The notes beneath the pieces are model-generated. The model ran no database searches. It was given only the letters and a program-made list of their open reading frames with translations, and had not been told where the DNA came from. Shown one piece after another: positions 18,790-27,414 of a stretch of DNA of 64,000 nucleotides. Source of the stretch: Bacteroidales bacterium (lineage in GTDB: Bacteria > Bacteroidota > Bacteroidia > Bacteroidales > F082); the NCBI GenBank assembly GCA_024710405.1, contig JANJUV010000008.1, forward strand, positions 3,695 through 67,694, read 5' to 3'. A program made the translations under genes and the position numbers. Position 1 is the first letter of the stretch; each line of letters begins with the position of its first letter.

Positions 18790-19030
18790 AAAACACTCTT
18801 CGTAGTACACTTAATTATTATCATTTACTGTAAACTTAAAGCAAATAGCTAACCCGCATTTTCAAAAAAAATATATTGAATCAGTTATCCTTCATTGATG
18901 AACTTTAAAGCTTAACCACCAGGGCAGTTTTATTGGGTTGCTTCTCAAGTTTAAGAAGTTTATTCCCTGACAAATAAAAAGTTTAAGGAATCAATCTTGA
19001 GCCTGTATTATTCTGTTCATTTGAATAACA

Positions 19031-19038
19031 TAACTTTG
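19031..19038 (+). promoter_or_regulatory. Candidate -7 box TAACTTTG upstream of the P460-like gene
   Basis: Matches TAnnTTTG. Lies 60 nt upstream of ATG 19098. Confidence 0.4.
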
Positions 19039-19097
19039 TCTTCATATAGCCTTGTTTTTTGGGCATAGTTGTTTTTTCACATCCTAATCATTCCATT

Positions 19098-19607
19098 ATG
19101 AAGAAGCTAATTTTGATACTGCTGCCATTGCTGTTTATACTGCATTTTTCATCCTGCAAAAAAGACCCCGTTGCTACGGGTATTGACAAGCAGTTGTTCG
19201 ATATGGCCGGCGAAACAGAAGGTTACACCTGGTATAAGAATAGTGACGCCTTTCTTCCTAAAAGCAGCGGTTCGGGGCATCCCCAGGCATTGCTACGCAC
19301 CCGCTTTAACGATGTGGCTTCCAGCATGCTTGATGAAAACGGAAAAGTAAAAGATGATGCTTCTTTTCCCGAAGGATCTCTGATTGTAAAGGAATTGCAC
19401 GACAAGGAAAACAGCCTTTCCCGATATGCTATACTTTATAAAGATACTGGAAATGTTTCTGCCGACAACAGAGGTTGGGTATGGGGCTACGTCAATGCCG
19501 ATGGCACAGTATCAATCAGCGCTACCAAAAAGGGAAGCTCATGCATCAATTGTCACCTGCAGGAAGGTAATATCGACTATACACTGATGAATAAATTCTT
19601 TCCCTGA
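19098..19607 (+). CDS. Cytochrome P460-family-like monoheme lipoprotein
   Basis: Start moved to ATG 19098 (MKKLILILLPLLFILHFSSCKKD, with a lipobox). A single CXXCH (SSCINCHLQ) sits near the C-terminus, preceded by FPEGSLIVKE and NRGWVWGYVNADG. I recall this layout from the P460 family. Confidence 0.65.
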   Translation: MKKLILILLPLLFILHFSSCKKDPVATGIDKQLFDMAGETEGYTWYKNSDAFLPKSSGSGHPQALLRTRFNDVASSMLDENGKVKDDASFPEGSLIVKELHDKENSLSRYAILYKDTGNVSADNRGWVWGYVNADGTVSISATKKGSSCINCHLQEGNIDYTLMNKFFP

Positions 19608-19629
19608 ACTGCACTTTGGAATCCTTGTC

Positions 19630-20877
19630 TTAAGTTTCAGCAAGAAACTGCTTCGGACAACACAGGAAGTGTTTAGTTACCGGAACCGACAGAACCGAAA
19701 TATTCAGTTGATCTGATGCCTGCTGAATATCAGCCAGCCTTCCATCCTTGTAAACGATGTTGATTCTGGCCTGTCCGGGATGATAAGCATGGTTTGAAGT
19801 TGTATTGATAATCAGCAGATAATTTGCTTCTTCGCTGCTTAACCCAAAACTTTTCATGATTTCCTGATGAATAAGTCCTGTTTTTGATTCAGGAAAATCT
19901 TCGTTCTGCAGACTCACCCCGAACAACTGCCTGTTGACGATGCTCCGGCTCAGGAAGGAAAGTACGTTATCCGGATGATGCTGCCAAACCTTTAAGGCTG
20001 TAAATATATCAAAATCATCCAGTTGAGCGAAGTTCATCAGTGTTTCATGCTTTGATATGCCATCTTCATCAATATATTCCGAAAGGAAATACTTCAAGGC
20101 CGGTGTAGCAAAAAGCTGTTGCCCTTCCCGGCTGAGTTGCTGAGCCCTTTTGAGCGTATTCAGCAGCATAAACTCGGCCGACAAAACCGTTTTATGCAGA
20201 TACACCTGCCAGTACATCAACCTCCGGGCAATAATGAACTTTTCGACCGAGTAAATTCCTTTTGCTTCCACTGCAAGTTCATCATCAATTACCTCAAGCA
20301 TGGTTATCAGTCGTTCGGCATTAATGGCTCCTTCTGATACACCCGTAAAGAAACTATCCCTTTTCAAATAATCTATCCGATCCATATCCAACTGACTCGA
20401 AACCAACTGATGCAACACCTTTTTTGGATAATCTCCCGTAAAAATATCTCTGGCCATTGCTAGTTGACCATCAAATTGGGCGTTGAGTTCTTCAATAAAT
20501 CTTAAAGAGAGGATCTCGTGCGACAAACCCCTGACTATGGATTGCTCCAGAGTATGTGAATATGGACCATGACCTGTGTCGTGCAACAAAATGGCAATGC
20601 ATGATGCCTGAGCCTCCTCGTCGGTGATGTTGTGTCCTTTTGACCGAAGCACTTGAACAGCATGCTGCATCAGAAACATGGCACCCAGACTATGGTGAAA
20701 GCGTGTATGCAAAGCGCCCGGATAAACCAGATGTGTCAATCCAAGCTGTTTGATTCGCCTGAGTCGCTGAAAATAAGGATGTTCTATCAGATCAAACAGC
20801 AATTCATCCGGAATCGTAATAAAACCATACACCGGATCGTTAAATATTTTCTTTTTGTTTATGCGGAAAAACGGCAT
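19630..20877 (-). CDS. HD-domain metal-dependent phosphohydrolase (COG1078 / SAMHD1-like)
   Basis: Start moved to ATG 20877 (MPFFRINKKKIFNDPVYGFITIP). HD motifs: RTRFHHSLGAMFL and LLHDTGHGPYSH. Confidence 0.85.
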   Translation of the reverse strand: MPFFRINKKKIFNDPVYGFITIPDELLFDLIEHPYFQRLRRIKQLGLTHLVYPGALHTRFHHSLGAMFLMQHAVQVLRSKGHNITDEEAQASCIAILLHDTGHGPYSHTLEQSIVRGLSHEILSLRFIEELNAQFDGQLAMARDIFTGDYPKKVLHQLVSSQLDMDRIDYLKRDSFFTGVSEGAINAERLITMLEVIDDELAVEAKGIYSVEKFIIARRLMYWQVYLHKTVLSAEFMLLNTLKRAQQLSREGQQLFATPALKYFLSEYIDEDGISKHETLMNFAQLDDFDIFTALKVWQHHPDNVLSFLSRSIVNRQLFGVSLQNEDFPESKTGLIHQEIMKSFGLSSEEANYLLIINTTSNHAYHPGQARINIVYKDGRLADIQQASDQLNISVLSVPVTKHFLCCPKQFLAET

Positions 20878-20886
20878 AGATATTGT

Positions 20887-20894
20887 TAACTTTG
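20887..20894 (+). promoter_or_regulatory. Candidate -7 box TAACTTTG upstream of porX
   Basis: Matches TAnnTTTG. Lies 99 nt upstream of ATG 20993, in the divergent gap shared with the HD gene. Confidence 0.35.
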
Positions 20895-20992
20895 TACACA
20901 CACAAGGCACTGACAGCCTCTTAATAAATCAATCACAAAAGTATCAGAATTATCGTCATCGTCTTTACCCTTTAATCACCAAACAATCCATT

Positions 20993-22549
20993 ATGGAAAA
21001 GATCAGAATTCTATGGGCCGACGATGAAATTGATATGCTGAAGCCTCATGTTATTTTCTTGGAGCACAAGGGCTATGATGTTACAACCATCAATAACGGC
21101 AGTGATGCGCTTGAGCTGATTCACCGATACGATTTCGACATTGTTTTCCTCGATGAAAATATGCCCGGATTATCCGGCATTGAGACATTGGAGAAAATCA
21201 AGCACGACTATCCCGGACTTCCGGTGGTGATGATCACCAAAAGCGAAGAAGAGTCCATTATGGAAGACGCCATTGGATCCAACATAGCCGACTACCTGAT
21301 CAAACCGGTAAAACCAAACCAGATTCTGCTTTCTTTGAAAAGAAATCTGGAAAATAAAAAATTAGTCAGTGAAAAAACCACCCTCGGCTACCAACAGGAT
21401 TTCAGAAACATTGGACTTGAGATCGGAAGTCACCTGAACCATCACGAATGGACCGAGATTTACCGCAAGCTGGTGCGATGGGAAATTGACCTCGAAAAAT
21501 CGAAGGACGAGGGCATCATGCAAGTGCTCAACATGCAGCAGGACGAAGCCAACGCCGTGTTTGGAAGGTTTATCGAAAAAAACTATATTGACTGGGTCAA
21601 CGGCCGAAGTGCCGACAAGCCGGTGCTGTCGCATACAGTCGTTCGCGAGAAAATCCTCCCCAGGCTCGACACAACCGACAAGCCATTGTTTGTTCTGCTG
21701 ATCGATAACCTGCGCTACGATCATTGGAAAGCCATTCAGCCACTTCTCGAAGATTACTACAGGATAGAAAGCGATGAGATGTATTGCAGCATTCTGCCAA
21801 CGACAACGCAGTATGCGCGCAATGCATTTTTTGCCGGACTCATGCCCTCCGAAATACGCAAAAAATACCCTAAATACTGGACCGATGAAGAAGATGATGG
21901 CACCAAAAACCAGTTTGAATCAGAGTTGCTCGGCGAACAACTTAAGCGTTTTGGAAAAGATGTGCGCTTTTCCTACAACAAGGTTCTCAATCTGAACGCC
22001 GGTAAAAAATTAGTGGAAACCCTTCCTAACCTGTTGGGCAATAAACTCAATGTTATTGTTTACAATTTCGTGGATATGCTCTCACACGCCCGTACCGAGA
22101 TGGAGATGATACGTGAACTGGCCGAAGACGAAGCTGCCTACCGATCACTCGTCGTATCCTGGTTCGAGCATTCTTCACTCTATGAAATTGTCCGATTCGT
22201 GGCACAGAAAAAGTGTGAACTGATGATCACTACCGATCACGGTTCCATTAAAGTAAAAAATCCGGTCAGATTGCTGGGCGACAGGGAGGTAAACACAAAT
22301 TTGAGGTATAAATATGGACGCAATCTGAACTACAACCACAAAGAAGCATTTGAAGTCCGTGACCCCGAAAGCGTGTTCCTGCCCCGGATGAATGTAAGCA
22401 CAACCTTTGTATTTGCCCGTCCGGGTGACTTCTTCGCTTATCCCAACAATTTCAACTACTATGTTAATTACTACAGGAATACCTTCCAGCATGGGGGAAT
22501 TTCCATGCAGGAAATGCTCATTCCGATCATTTATCTTAAACCTAAATGA
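20993..22549 (+). CDS. porX: T9SS response regulator PorX (CheY-like receiver + PglZ/alkaline-phosphatase-like domain)
   Basis: From ATG 20993 the product is 518 aa. It has a receiver domain (ILWADDEIDMLKPHVIFLEHKGYDV...DIVFLDENMPGLSG...IKP) and a PglZ domain (LLIDNLRYDHW, FVDMLSHAR, TTDHGS). Confidence 0.85.
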   Translation: MEKIRILWADDEIDMLKPHVIFLEHKGYDVTTINNGSDALELIHRYDFDIVFLDENMPGLSGIETLEKIKHDYPGLPVVMITKSEEESIMEDAIGSNIADYLIKPVKPNQILLSLKRNLENKKLVSEKTTLGYQQDFRNIGLEIGSHLNHHEWTEIYRKLVRWEIDLEKSKDEGIMQVLNMQQDEANAVFGRFIEKNYIDWVNGRSADKPVLSHTVVREKILPRLDTTDKPLFVLLIDNLRYDHWKAIQPLLEDYYRIESDEMYCSILPTTTQYARNAFFAGLMPSEIRKKYPKYWTDEEDDGTKNQFESELLGEQLKRFGKDVRFSYNKVLNLNAGKKLVETLPNLLGNKLNVIVYNFVDMLSHARTEMEMIRELAEDEAAYRSLVVSWFEHSSLYEIVRFVAQKKCELMITTDHGSIKVKNPVRLLGDREVNTNLRYKYGRNLNYNHKEAFEVRDPESVFLPRMNVSTTFVFARPGDFFAYPNNFNYYVNYYRNTFQHGGISMQEMLIPIIYLKPK

Positions 22550-22968
22550 TAACTATTGAAGCGCATCAGCCTGCTGCACTGGCACAGGTTGCGGAAAGCA
22601 TACTTGCCCATTTTGGCAACCAGCGCATATTCGCTTTTTTTGGCGCTATGGGTGCCGGAAAAACAACACTGATCAAGGCCATCTGCAAACAACTCGGAGC
22701 AACAGATGAAGTCAACAGCCCTACATTCAGTATTATTAATGAATACATGACAATGTCATATGGCCCATTGTATCACTTTGATTTTTACAGGTTAAACAAA
22801 GCTGAGGAAGCATTCGACATCGGTTATGAGCATTATTTCTACAGCGGGAGCTATTGCTTCGTTGAATGGCCTGAAAAAATTGAGCAACTTTTGCCAAACG
22901 ATTACGTAAAAGTCAGCATTGAAGTTGATGAAAGCAATGACAAGCGAACCATCACTTTCGGAAGATAA
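22546..22968 (+). CDS. tsaE: tRNA t6A37 biosynthesis ATPase TsaE
   Basis: 140 aa. P-loop FGAMGAGKTTLIK, then SPTFSIINEY...HFDFYRL. Overlaps porX by 4 nt (ATGA). Confidence 0.9.
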   Translation: MITIEAHQPAALAQVAESILAHFGNQRIFAFFGAMGAGKTTLIKAICKQLGATDEVNSPTFSIINEYMTMSYGPLYHFDFYRLNKAEEAFDIGYEHYFYSGSYCFVEWPEKIEQLLPNDYVKVSIEVDESNDKRTITFGR

Positions 22969-22983
22969 ACCTTTGATATACTT

Positions 22984-24207
22984 ATGGGCGAAAACATTCC
23001 GTACAACATCAGAATGGGAACCTCTGGCGAATACCTGCCAAAAGAGGAAAGGGTTGAAACTGCATGGAAAAAGAATGCATTGAGCATTGGTATTCCACGC
23101 GAAACGTCTCCCAATGAAAACCGTATTGCACTGATACCTGACGCAGTTAAACTGCTTACGTCACACGGACACCGTGTAGTGGTTGAGCAGAATGCCGGAA
23201 ACAACGCACATTTCTCCAATCATCAGTACTCAGAGGCAGGTGCTGAAATTACGGAAGATACAGCTACAGTATATCACTGCGACATTGTTTTGAAAATTGC
23301 CCCTCCAGATGAAGACGAAATCAAGTTACTCGACAAAAGACGTACACTGATTTCGATACTGCACCTGCCTTTGCGTGAAAAGGAGTATTTTCAGAAACTG
23401 ATGACCCAAAAAACCACAGCCTTTGCATTTGAATGGATACAGGACAGGTCGGGAGGACTTCCCATCAAGCGCTCCATGAGTGAGATCATTGGTAATGCTG
23501 CCGTGATGATTGCCGCCGAATACCTTTGTCATCCTGAATACGGCAAAGGCCTGATGCTTGGTGGTTTTCCGGGACTTGCACCAACTTCTGTCGTGATCAT
23601 CGGAGCCGGAACAGTTGCAGAATATGCAGCCCGTACTGCTCTGGGCATGGGAGCTTCGGTAAAAGTGTTTGACAATTCAGTGTATAAACTTCGCGACTTG
23701 CAATCTCTGGTCAACAGCAGACTGTTCACCTCCACCCTGAAGCCCGACCTGATTAACCAGGCACTGCAGACAGCCGATGTCGTTATTGCAGCCAAACACA
23801 GCCCCTCTGGCCTGGCCTCCTGCCTTATTACCAGTGAAACTGTCGCTCAGATGAAAGAAGGATCAGTAATTATAGACGTGAGCATCGATCAGGGAGGTTG
23901 TTTTGAGACCTCACGCCCGACTACACATCAACACCCGGTGTACCGGAAGTCTGGCGTAACCCATTACTGTGTTCCGAATATCGCCTCCAAAGTGCCTCAG
24001 ACATCCTCAACCTCTTTATCAAACTTTTTTGCACCTGTGCTGCTCGAAGCCGGAGAATGCGGCGGAATTGATAACCTGCTGAAAACAAACCGACCACTGA
24101 GTAAAGGAGCATATGTTTATCATGGTTCACTTACCAATGAACAGGTGAGCAAAATGCATGACCTCCCGTTTCAACCACTCGACCTGATGCTTGCCGCCTA
24201 TTTCTGA
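22984..24207 (+). CDS. Alanine dehydrogenase / PNT-family NAD(H)-binding protein
   Basis: N-terminal IGIPRETSPNENRIALIPDAV and the Rossmann motif VVIIGAGTVAEYAARTALGMGASVKVFD. Confidence 0.75.
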   Translation: MGENIPYNIRMGTSGEYLPKEERVETAWKKNALSIGIPRETSPNENRIALIPDAVKLLTSHGHRVVVEQNAGNNAHFSNHQYSEAGAEITEDTATVYHCDIVLKIAPPDEDEIKLLDKRRTLISILHLPLREKEYFQKLMTQKTTAFAFEWIQDRSGGLPIKRSMSEIIGNAAVMIAAEYLCHPEYGKGLMLGGFPGLAPTSVVIIGAGTVAEYAARTALGMGASVKVFDNSVYKLRDLQSLVNSRLFTSTLKPDLINQALQTADVVIAAKHSPSGLASCLITSETVAQMKEGSVIIDVSIDQGGCFETSRPTTHQHPVYRKSGVTHYCVPNIASKVPQTSSTSLSNFFAPVLLEAGECGGIDNLLKTNRPLSKGAYVYHGSLTNEQVSKMHDLPFQPLDLMLAAYF

Positions 24208-24281
24208 AACCTGTCTGAGACTTTTTAACGAAACCCCGCCATCCGGTGTTCAAAAAAAAATTCCACTGAATACTGTTTGCT

Positions 24282-24289
24282 TAACTTTG
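24282..24289 (+). promoter_or_regulatory. Candidate -7 box TAACTTTG immediately upstream of aroB
   Basis: Matches TAnnTTTG and ends 4 nt before ATG 24294. This implies either a leaderless transcript or a downstream start. Confidence 0.3.
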
Positions 24290-24293
24290 TGTC

Positions 24294-25361
24294 ATGAAGG
24301 TTGATCATTTGACTGGCAATAATATCATTACAGCTAAAAAGGCTAAAAACGCTCTGAAAGAGATGCTTATGGAGTTTCTTGCTGAGAAGCGTCAAGTTGT
24401 TGTACTCACCGACACAAACACCAAAATTCATTGTCTGCCTGTTTTGCACAGGATGACCGAAAATATCCTGACCAAAACACCCGTAATTACCATTCCTTCT
24501 GGTGAACAGTTTAAAACATTAGAAACAGCCGCCTTCGTCTTTAAAGAACTAGCCGCGCTGAATATACAACGTAATGGCATACTGATAAACCTTGGAGGAG
24601 GTGTTATTACGGATTTGGGTGGTTTTGTGGCATCGACATATAAACGTGGAATCGACACCATCCACATTCCCACAACACTTATGGGTATGGCAGATGCAGC
24701 CATCGGAGGTAAAACAGCGGTTGACATCGAATCCATTAAAAACCTGACAGGAACATTCTATATTCCCAGAGCCGTATACATTTTTCCTGAATTCCTGAAA
24801 ACGCTTCCTGATCGGGAAATTTTACAGGCACATGCAGAAGTGCTGAAATACGGATTCATCCATAGCCCACAACTGCTTGAGGTATTACCTGTTAATCCTG
24901 AGAATTTTGAACATATGATCAGCCTTTGTTTGTCTATTAAACAGGAAATAACAGAAACTGATCCACTGGAAAAAGGAGTGCGCAAACTGCTCAATTTCGG
25001 GCATACCGTCGGCCATGCATTCGAGTCTCTTGCCCTCTCAAGACAGCAGAGTCTGCTCCATGGTGAGGCTATAGCATCAGGAATGGCATGCGAGTTATTC
25101 CTGTCCCACAAATTGACCGGCCTAAACAAAAAAGAGCTGGATAATTATATTAAAACCCGGTTCATCCATTTCCCTAAACTATACATAGGCACGGAGGATT
25201 ATCCCTTATTGATGCAATTTATGTCGAACGACAAAAAAAACATGAACGATCAGATCATGTTTACCTTGGTGCAATCACCCGGTAATGCTGTATATAATAT
25301 GTCTGTAAGTCAGGAGGATGTTGTTGAATGTTTTGATTACTATCGCTCCGTAAGCAATTAA
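24294..25361 (+). CDS. aroB: 3-dehydroquinate synthase
   Basis: Carries GGGVITDLGGFVASTYKRGI, IPTTLMGMADAAIGGKT and NFGHTVGHAFE. Confidence 0.9.
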   Translation: MKVDHLTGNNIITAKKAKNALKEMLMEFLAEKRQVVVLTDTNTKIHCLPVLHRMTENILTKTPVITIPSGEQFKTLETAAFVFKELAALNIQRNGILINLGGGVITDLGGFVASTYKRGIDTIHIPTTLMGMADAAIGGKTAVDIESIKNLTGTFYIPRAVYIFPEFLKTLPDREILQAHAEVLKYGFIHSPQLLEVLPVNPENFEHMISLCLSIKQEITETDPLEKGVRKLLNFGHTVGHAFESLALSRQQSLLHGEAIASGMACELFLSHKLTGLNKKELDNYIKTRFIHFPKLYIGTEDYPLLMQFMSNDKKNMNDQIMFTLVQSPGNAVYNMSVSQEDVVECFDYYRSVSN

Positions 25362-25363
25362 TC

Positions 25364-26626
25364 ATGAAACTTACTCCTTACAAAAAACGACCTTCGGGCA
25401 GCGTAAAGCTTCCATACAGCAAAAGTGAGTACAACAGATTGAAAATGATTCAGGCTTATTCCGATGAAACTATTACAATCCTGAATCCATCAGGTGCTTC
25501 TGACAGCAAGCTGCTCGATAATCTGCTTTCTATAATCAATAATTCAAACAGTTCATCAGAACCTGTTCTGCTTGATTGTGGCAATGCCGGCACGGTGTTA
25601 AGGTTTCTGTTAACTTATGTAAGTGGCCTGAATGGACGGTGGCTGCTCACAGGAACACCTCGCATGAAACAGCGTCCTGTCGGTTCTCTGGTCAGTGCCC
25701 TTAAAGAACTTGGCGCCAGTATCACATATACTGAAAAAGAAGGCTATCCGCCTGTTTCGATTGAAGGCCGGAACCTGAAAGGTGGCAGGGTTTTCATCGA
25801 CACTTCACAGAGCAGCCAGTTTGCCACTTCTCTGATGCTTGCAGCACCTATGCTGGAGCATGGTCTCGAACTCACTTTTGTCCATAAAACATCTTCATTT
25901 TCTTACATACATCTAACCGCAGGATTAATGAAGCATTGCGGGGCATTGACAGAATTCAGGGAGAACAATATCATCATCCCTCCTTCTAAGTACAAAGCTT
26001 CAACAATCGCGGCAGGAAGTGACTGGAGCGCTGCCGCATTCTGGTACGAGTTGATTGCATTGAGCCAATCAGGCGAATTGTTTCTCGAAGGAATCGATAC
26101 CAAAAGCCTTCAGGGTGATAAAATAACAAGCTCTGTATTTGAACAACTTGGTGTGGAAACACATCCGCAATCGAATGGAATCCTGATCAAAGGAACAGGA
26201 AAACATTGCAAATACCTCGCTTTTGACTTCACCCATTATCCTGATATGTATCCTGCCATTGCTGCTACATGTGCCGGTCTGGGAATTAAAACAAAATTTA
26301 CCGGAACATCCAACCTCAACATCAAAGAGTCGGACAGAGTTAAAGCAATGAAAACCGAATTGGCAAAACTTGGTCTCTGTCTCGAGACAGATGAAACAGA
26401 ATCCAACACACGAACCTTCGGTGATCAGATTGATGAAGCAGGATTGAAAGTCCTTAACAGCTGGGACGACCATCGTATTGCAATGTCACTTGCTCCGCTA
26501 GTGTTGGTGTGCGGCCCATTCCGTATGACCGGAGCAGAGGCAGTCAACAAATCCTATCCGGGTTTCTGGGATCAGCTCGTGTCAACAAAGTGTATCGGGA
26601 TTACAGAAGAAAATGAAGAGTTATAG
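25364..26626 (+). CDS. aroA: 3-phosphoshikimate 1-carboxyvinyltransferase (EPSP synthase)
   Basis: 420 aa with LDCGNAGTVLRFL, SQFATSLMLAAP, KESDRVKAM and DDHRIAMS. Confidence 0.9.
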   Translation: MKLTPYKKRPSGSVKLPYSKSEYNRLKMIQAYSDETITILNPSGASDSKLLDNLLSIINNSNSSSEPVLLDCGNAGTVLRFLLTYVSGLNGRWLLTGTPRMKQRPVGSLVSALKELGASITYTEKEGYPPVSIEGRNLKGGRVFIDTSQSSQFATSLMLAAPMLEHGLELTFVHKTSSFSYIHLTAGLMKHCGALTEFRENNIIIPPSKYKASTIAAGSDWSAAAFWYELIALSQSGELFLEGIDTKSLQGDKITSSVFEQLGVETHPQSNGILIKGTGKHCKYLAFDFTHYPDMYPAIAATCAGLGIKTKFTGTSNLNIKESDRVKAMKTELAKLGLCLETDETESNTRTFGDQIDEAGLKVLNSWDDHRIAMSLAPLVLVCGPFRMTGAEAVNKSYPGFWDQLVSTKCIGITEENEEL

Positions 26627-26665
26627 CTGTTTTTGCCGGGATGATAAATAAATGATCAGAATTCC

Positions 26666-26673
26666 TAATTTTG
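26666..26673 (+). promoter_or_regulatory. Candidate -7 box TAATTTTG upstream of the lutA-like gene
   Basis: Matches TAnnTTTG. Lies 19 nt upstream of ATG 26692. Confidence 0.4.
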
Positions 26674-26691
26674 CACGAATAACCTAAACAC

Positions 26692-27411
26692 ATGACAGTT
26701 GATCTGTTCATCCCTTGTTTCGTAGATCAGGTTTATCCTGAAACAGCCATGAATATGGTTAAGCTCCTGAAACGGGCAGGCGTTGACGTGCACTATAATC
26801 CCGAACAAACCTGCTGCGGACAGTTTGCTTTCAACAGCGGTTTCTGGGATGAAGCCAAGGAATTGGGGAACAAATTCCTTAAGGATTTTCCGAACGACAG
26901 GCCCGTTGTCAGTCCTTCAGCTTCATGCAGCGGATTCATCAGAAACTATTATCACGAGTTGTTTCATAATACAGGAAACCATCTTGAATACAAAAGACTG
27001 GTCAGAAACACCTGGGAAATCAGCGACTTTTTGGTAAACTATCTGAGATTTACCGATTTCGGAGCCGATTTTTCGCATAAAGTAACTTTTCACGACAGTT
27101 GTGCCGGACTCAGAGAATATGGTTTGAAACAGGAAGCAAGATTATTGCTCTCAAAAGTTAAAGGACTGGAACTCGTCGAAATGAAAGACACCCATGTTTG
27201 TTGCGGATTCGGAGGAACTTTTTCGGTGAAACACGAACCCATATCTGCTGCCATGGCAGAGCAGAAAGTCAGCAATGCGATCGAAACAGGTGCTGAATAT
27301 ATCGTTTCAACTGATCTGTCATGCCTCATGCATCAGGACGCGTATGCACGCAAGCAAAAAATGGACATCAAAACCATCCATCTGGTCGATGTTCTTGCTT
27401 CTGGCTGGTAA
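26692..27411 (+). CDS. lutA: (Fe-S)-binding CCG-domain oxidoreductase, LutA/YkgE-like
   Basis: Two cysteine-rich CCG motifs (FIPCFVDQ...EQTCCGQ and FHDSCAGLR...THVCCGFGG). Confidence 0.8.
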   Translation: MTVDLFIPCFVDQVYPETAMNMVKLLKRAGVDVHYNPEQTCCGQFAFNSGFWDEAKELGNKFLKDFPNDRPVVSPSASCSGFIRNYYHELFHNTGNHLEYKRLVRNTWEISDFLVNYLRFTDFGADFSHKVTFHDSCAGLREYGLKQEARLLLSKVKGLELVEMKDTHVCCGFGGTFSVKHEPISAAMAEQKVSNAIETGAEYIVSTDLSCLMHQDAYARKQKMDIKTIHLVDVLASGW

Positions 27412-27414
27412 TTT

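Noticed and set aside
18602-19097. I searched this gap and the other long gaps (2902..3199, 12426..12809, 32279..32449, 52356..52794) for tRNA, SRP RNA, RNase P, tmRNA or riboswitch signatures.
   Set aside because: By eye I found no cloverleaf-compatible segments, no GGAA-type SRP domain IV motif, no GAGGAAAGTCC RNase P motif and no tmRNA tag-like reading frame. A covariance-model scan (Infernal/Rfam) would be needed to be sure.
19630-20877. The HD-domain SAMHD1-like hydrolase as a nucleotide-depletion antiphage gene.
   Set aside because: It is a single gene in housekeeping context with no island features. COG1078-type HD proteins of this architecture are, to my recollection, broadly conserved.
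20993-22549. The PglZ domain could indicate a BREX or other phage-defence gene.
   Set aside because: The PglZ domain is fused to a CheY-like receiver, and the product is 518 aa, which is the PorX architecture. No BrxA/B/C/L, PglX methyltransferase or other BREX components are nearby. The neighbours are housekeeping genes (tsaE, HD hydrolase).
24282-24294. Leaderless aroB mRNA, implied by a -7 box ending 4 nt before the ATG.
   Set aside because: The box may be a chance match, or translation may start at a downstream Met (MLMEF...). The evidence is insufficient without TSS data.
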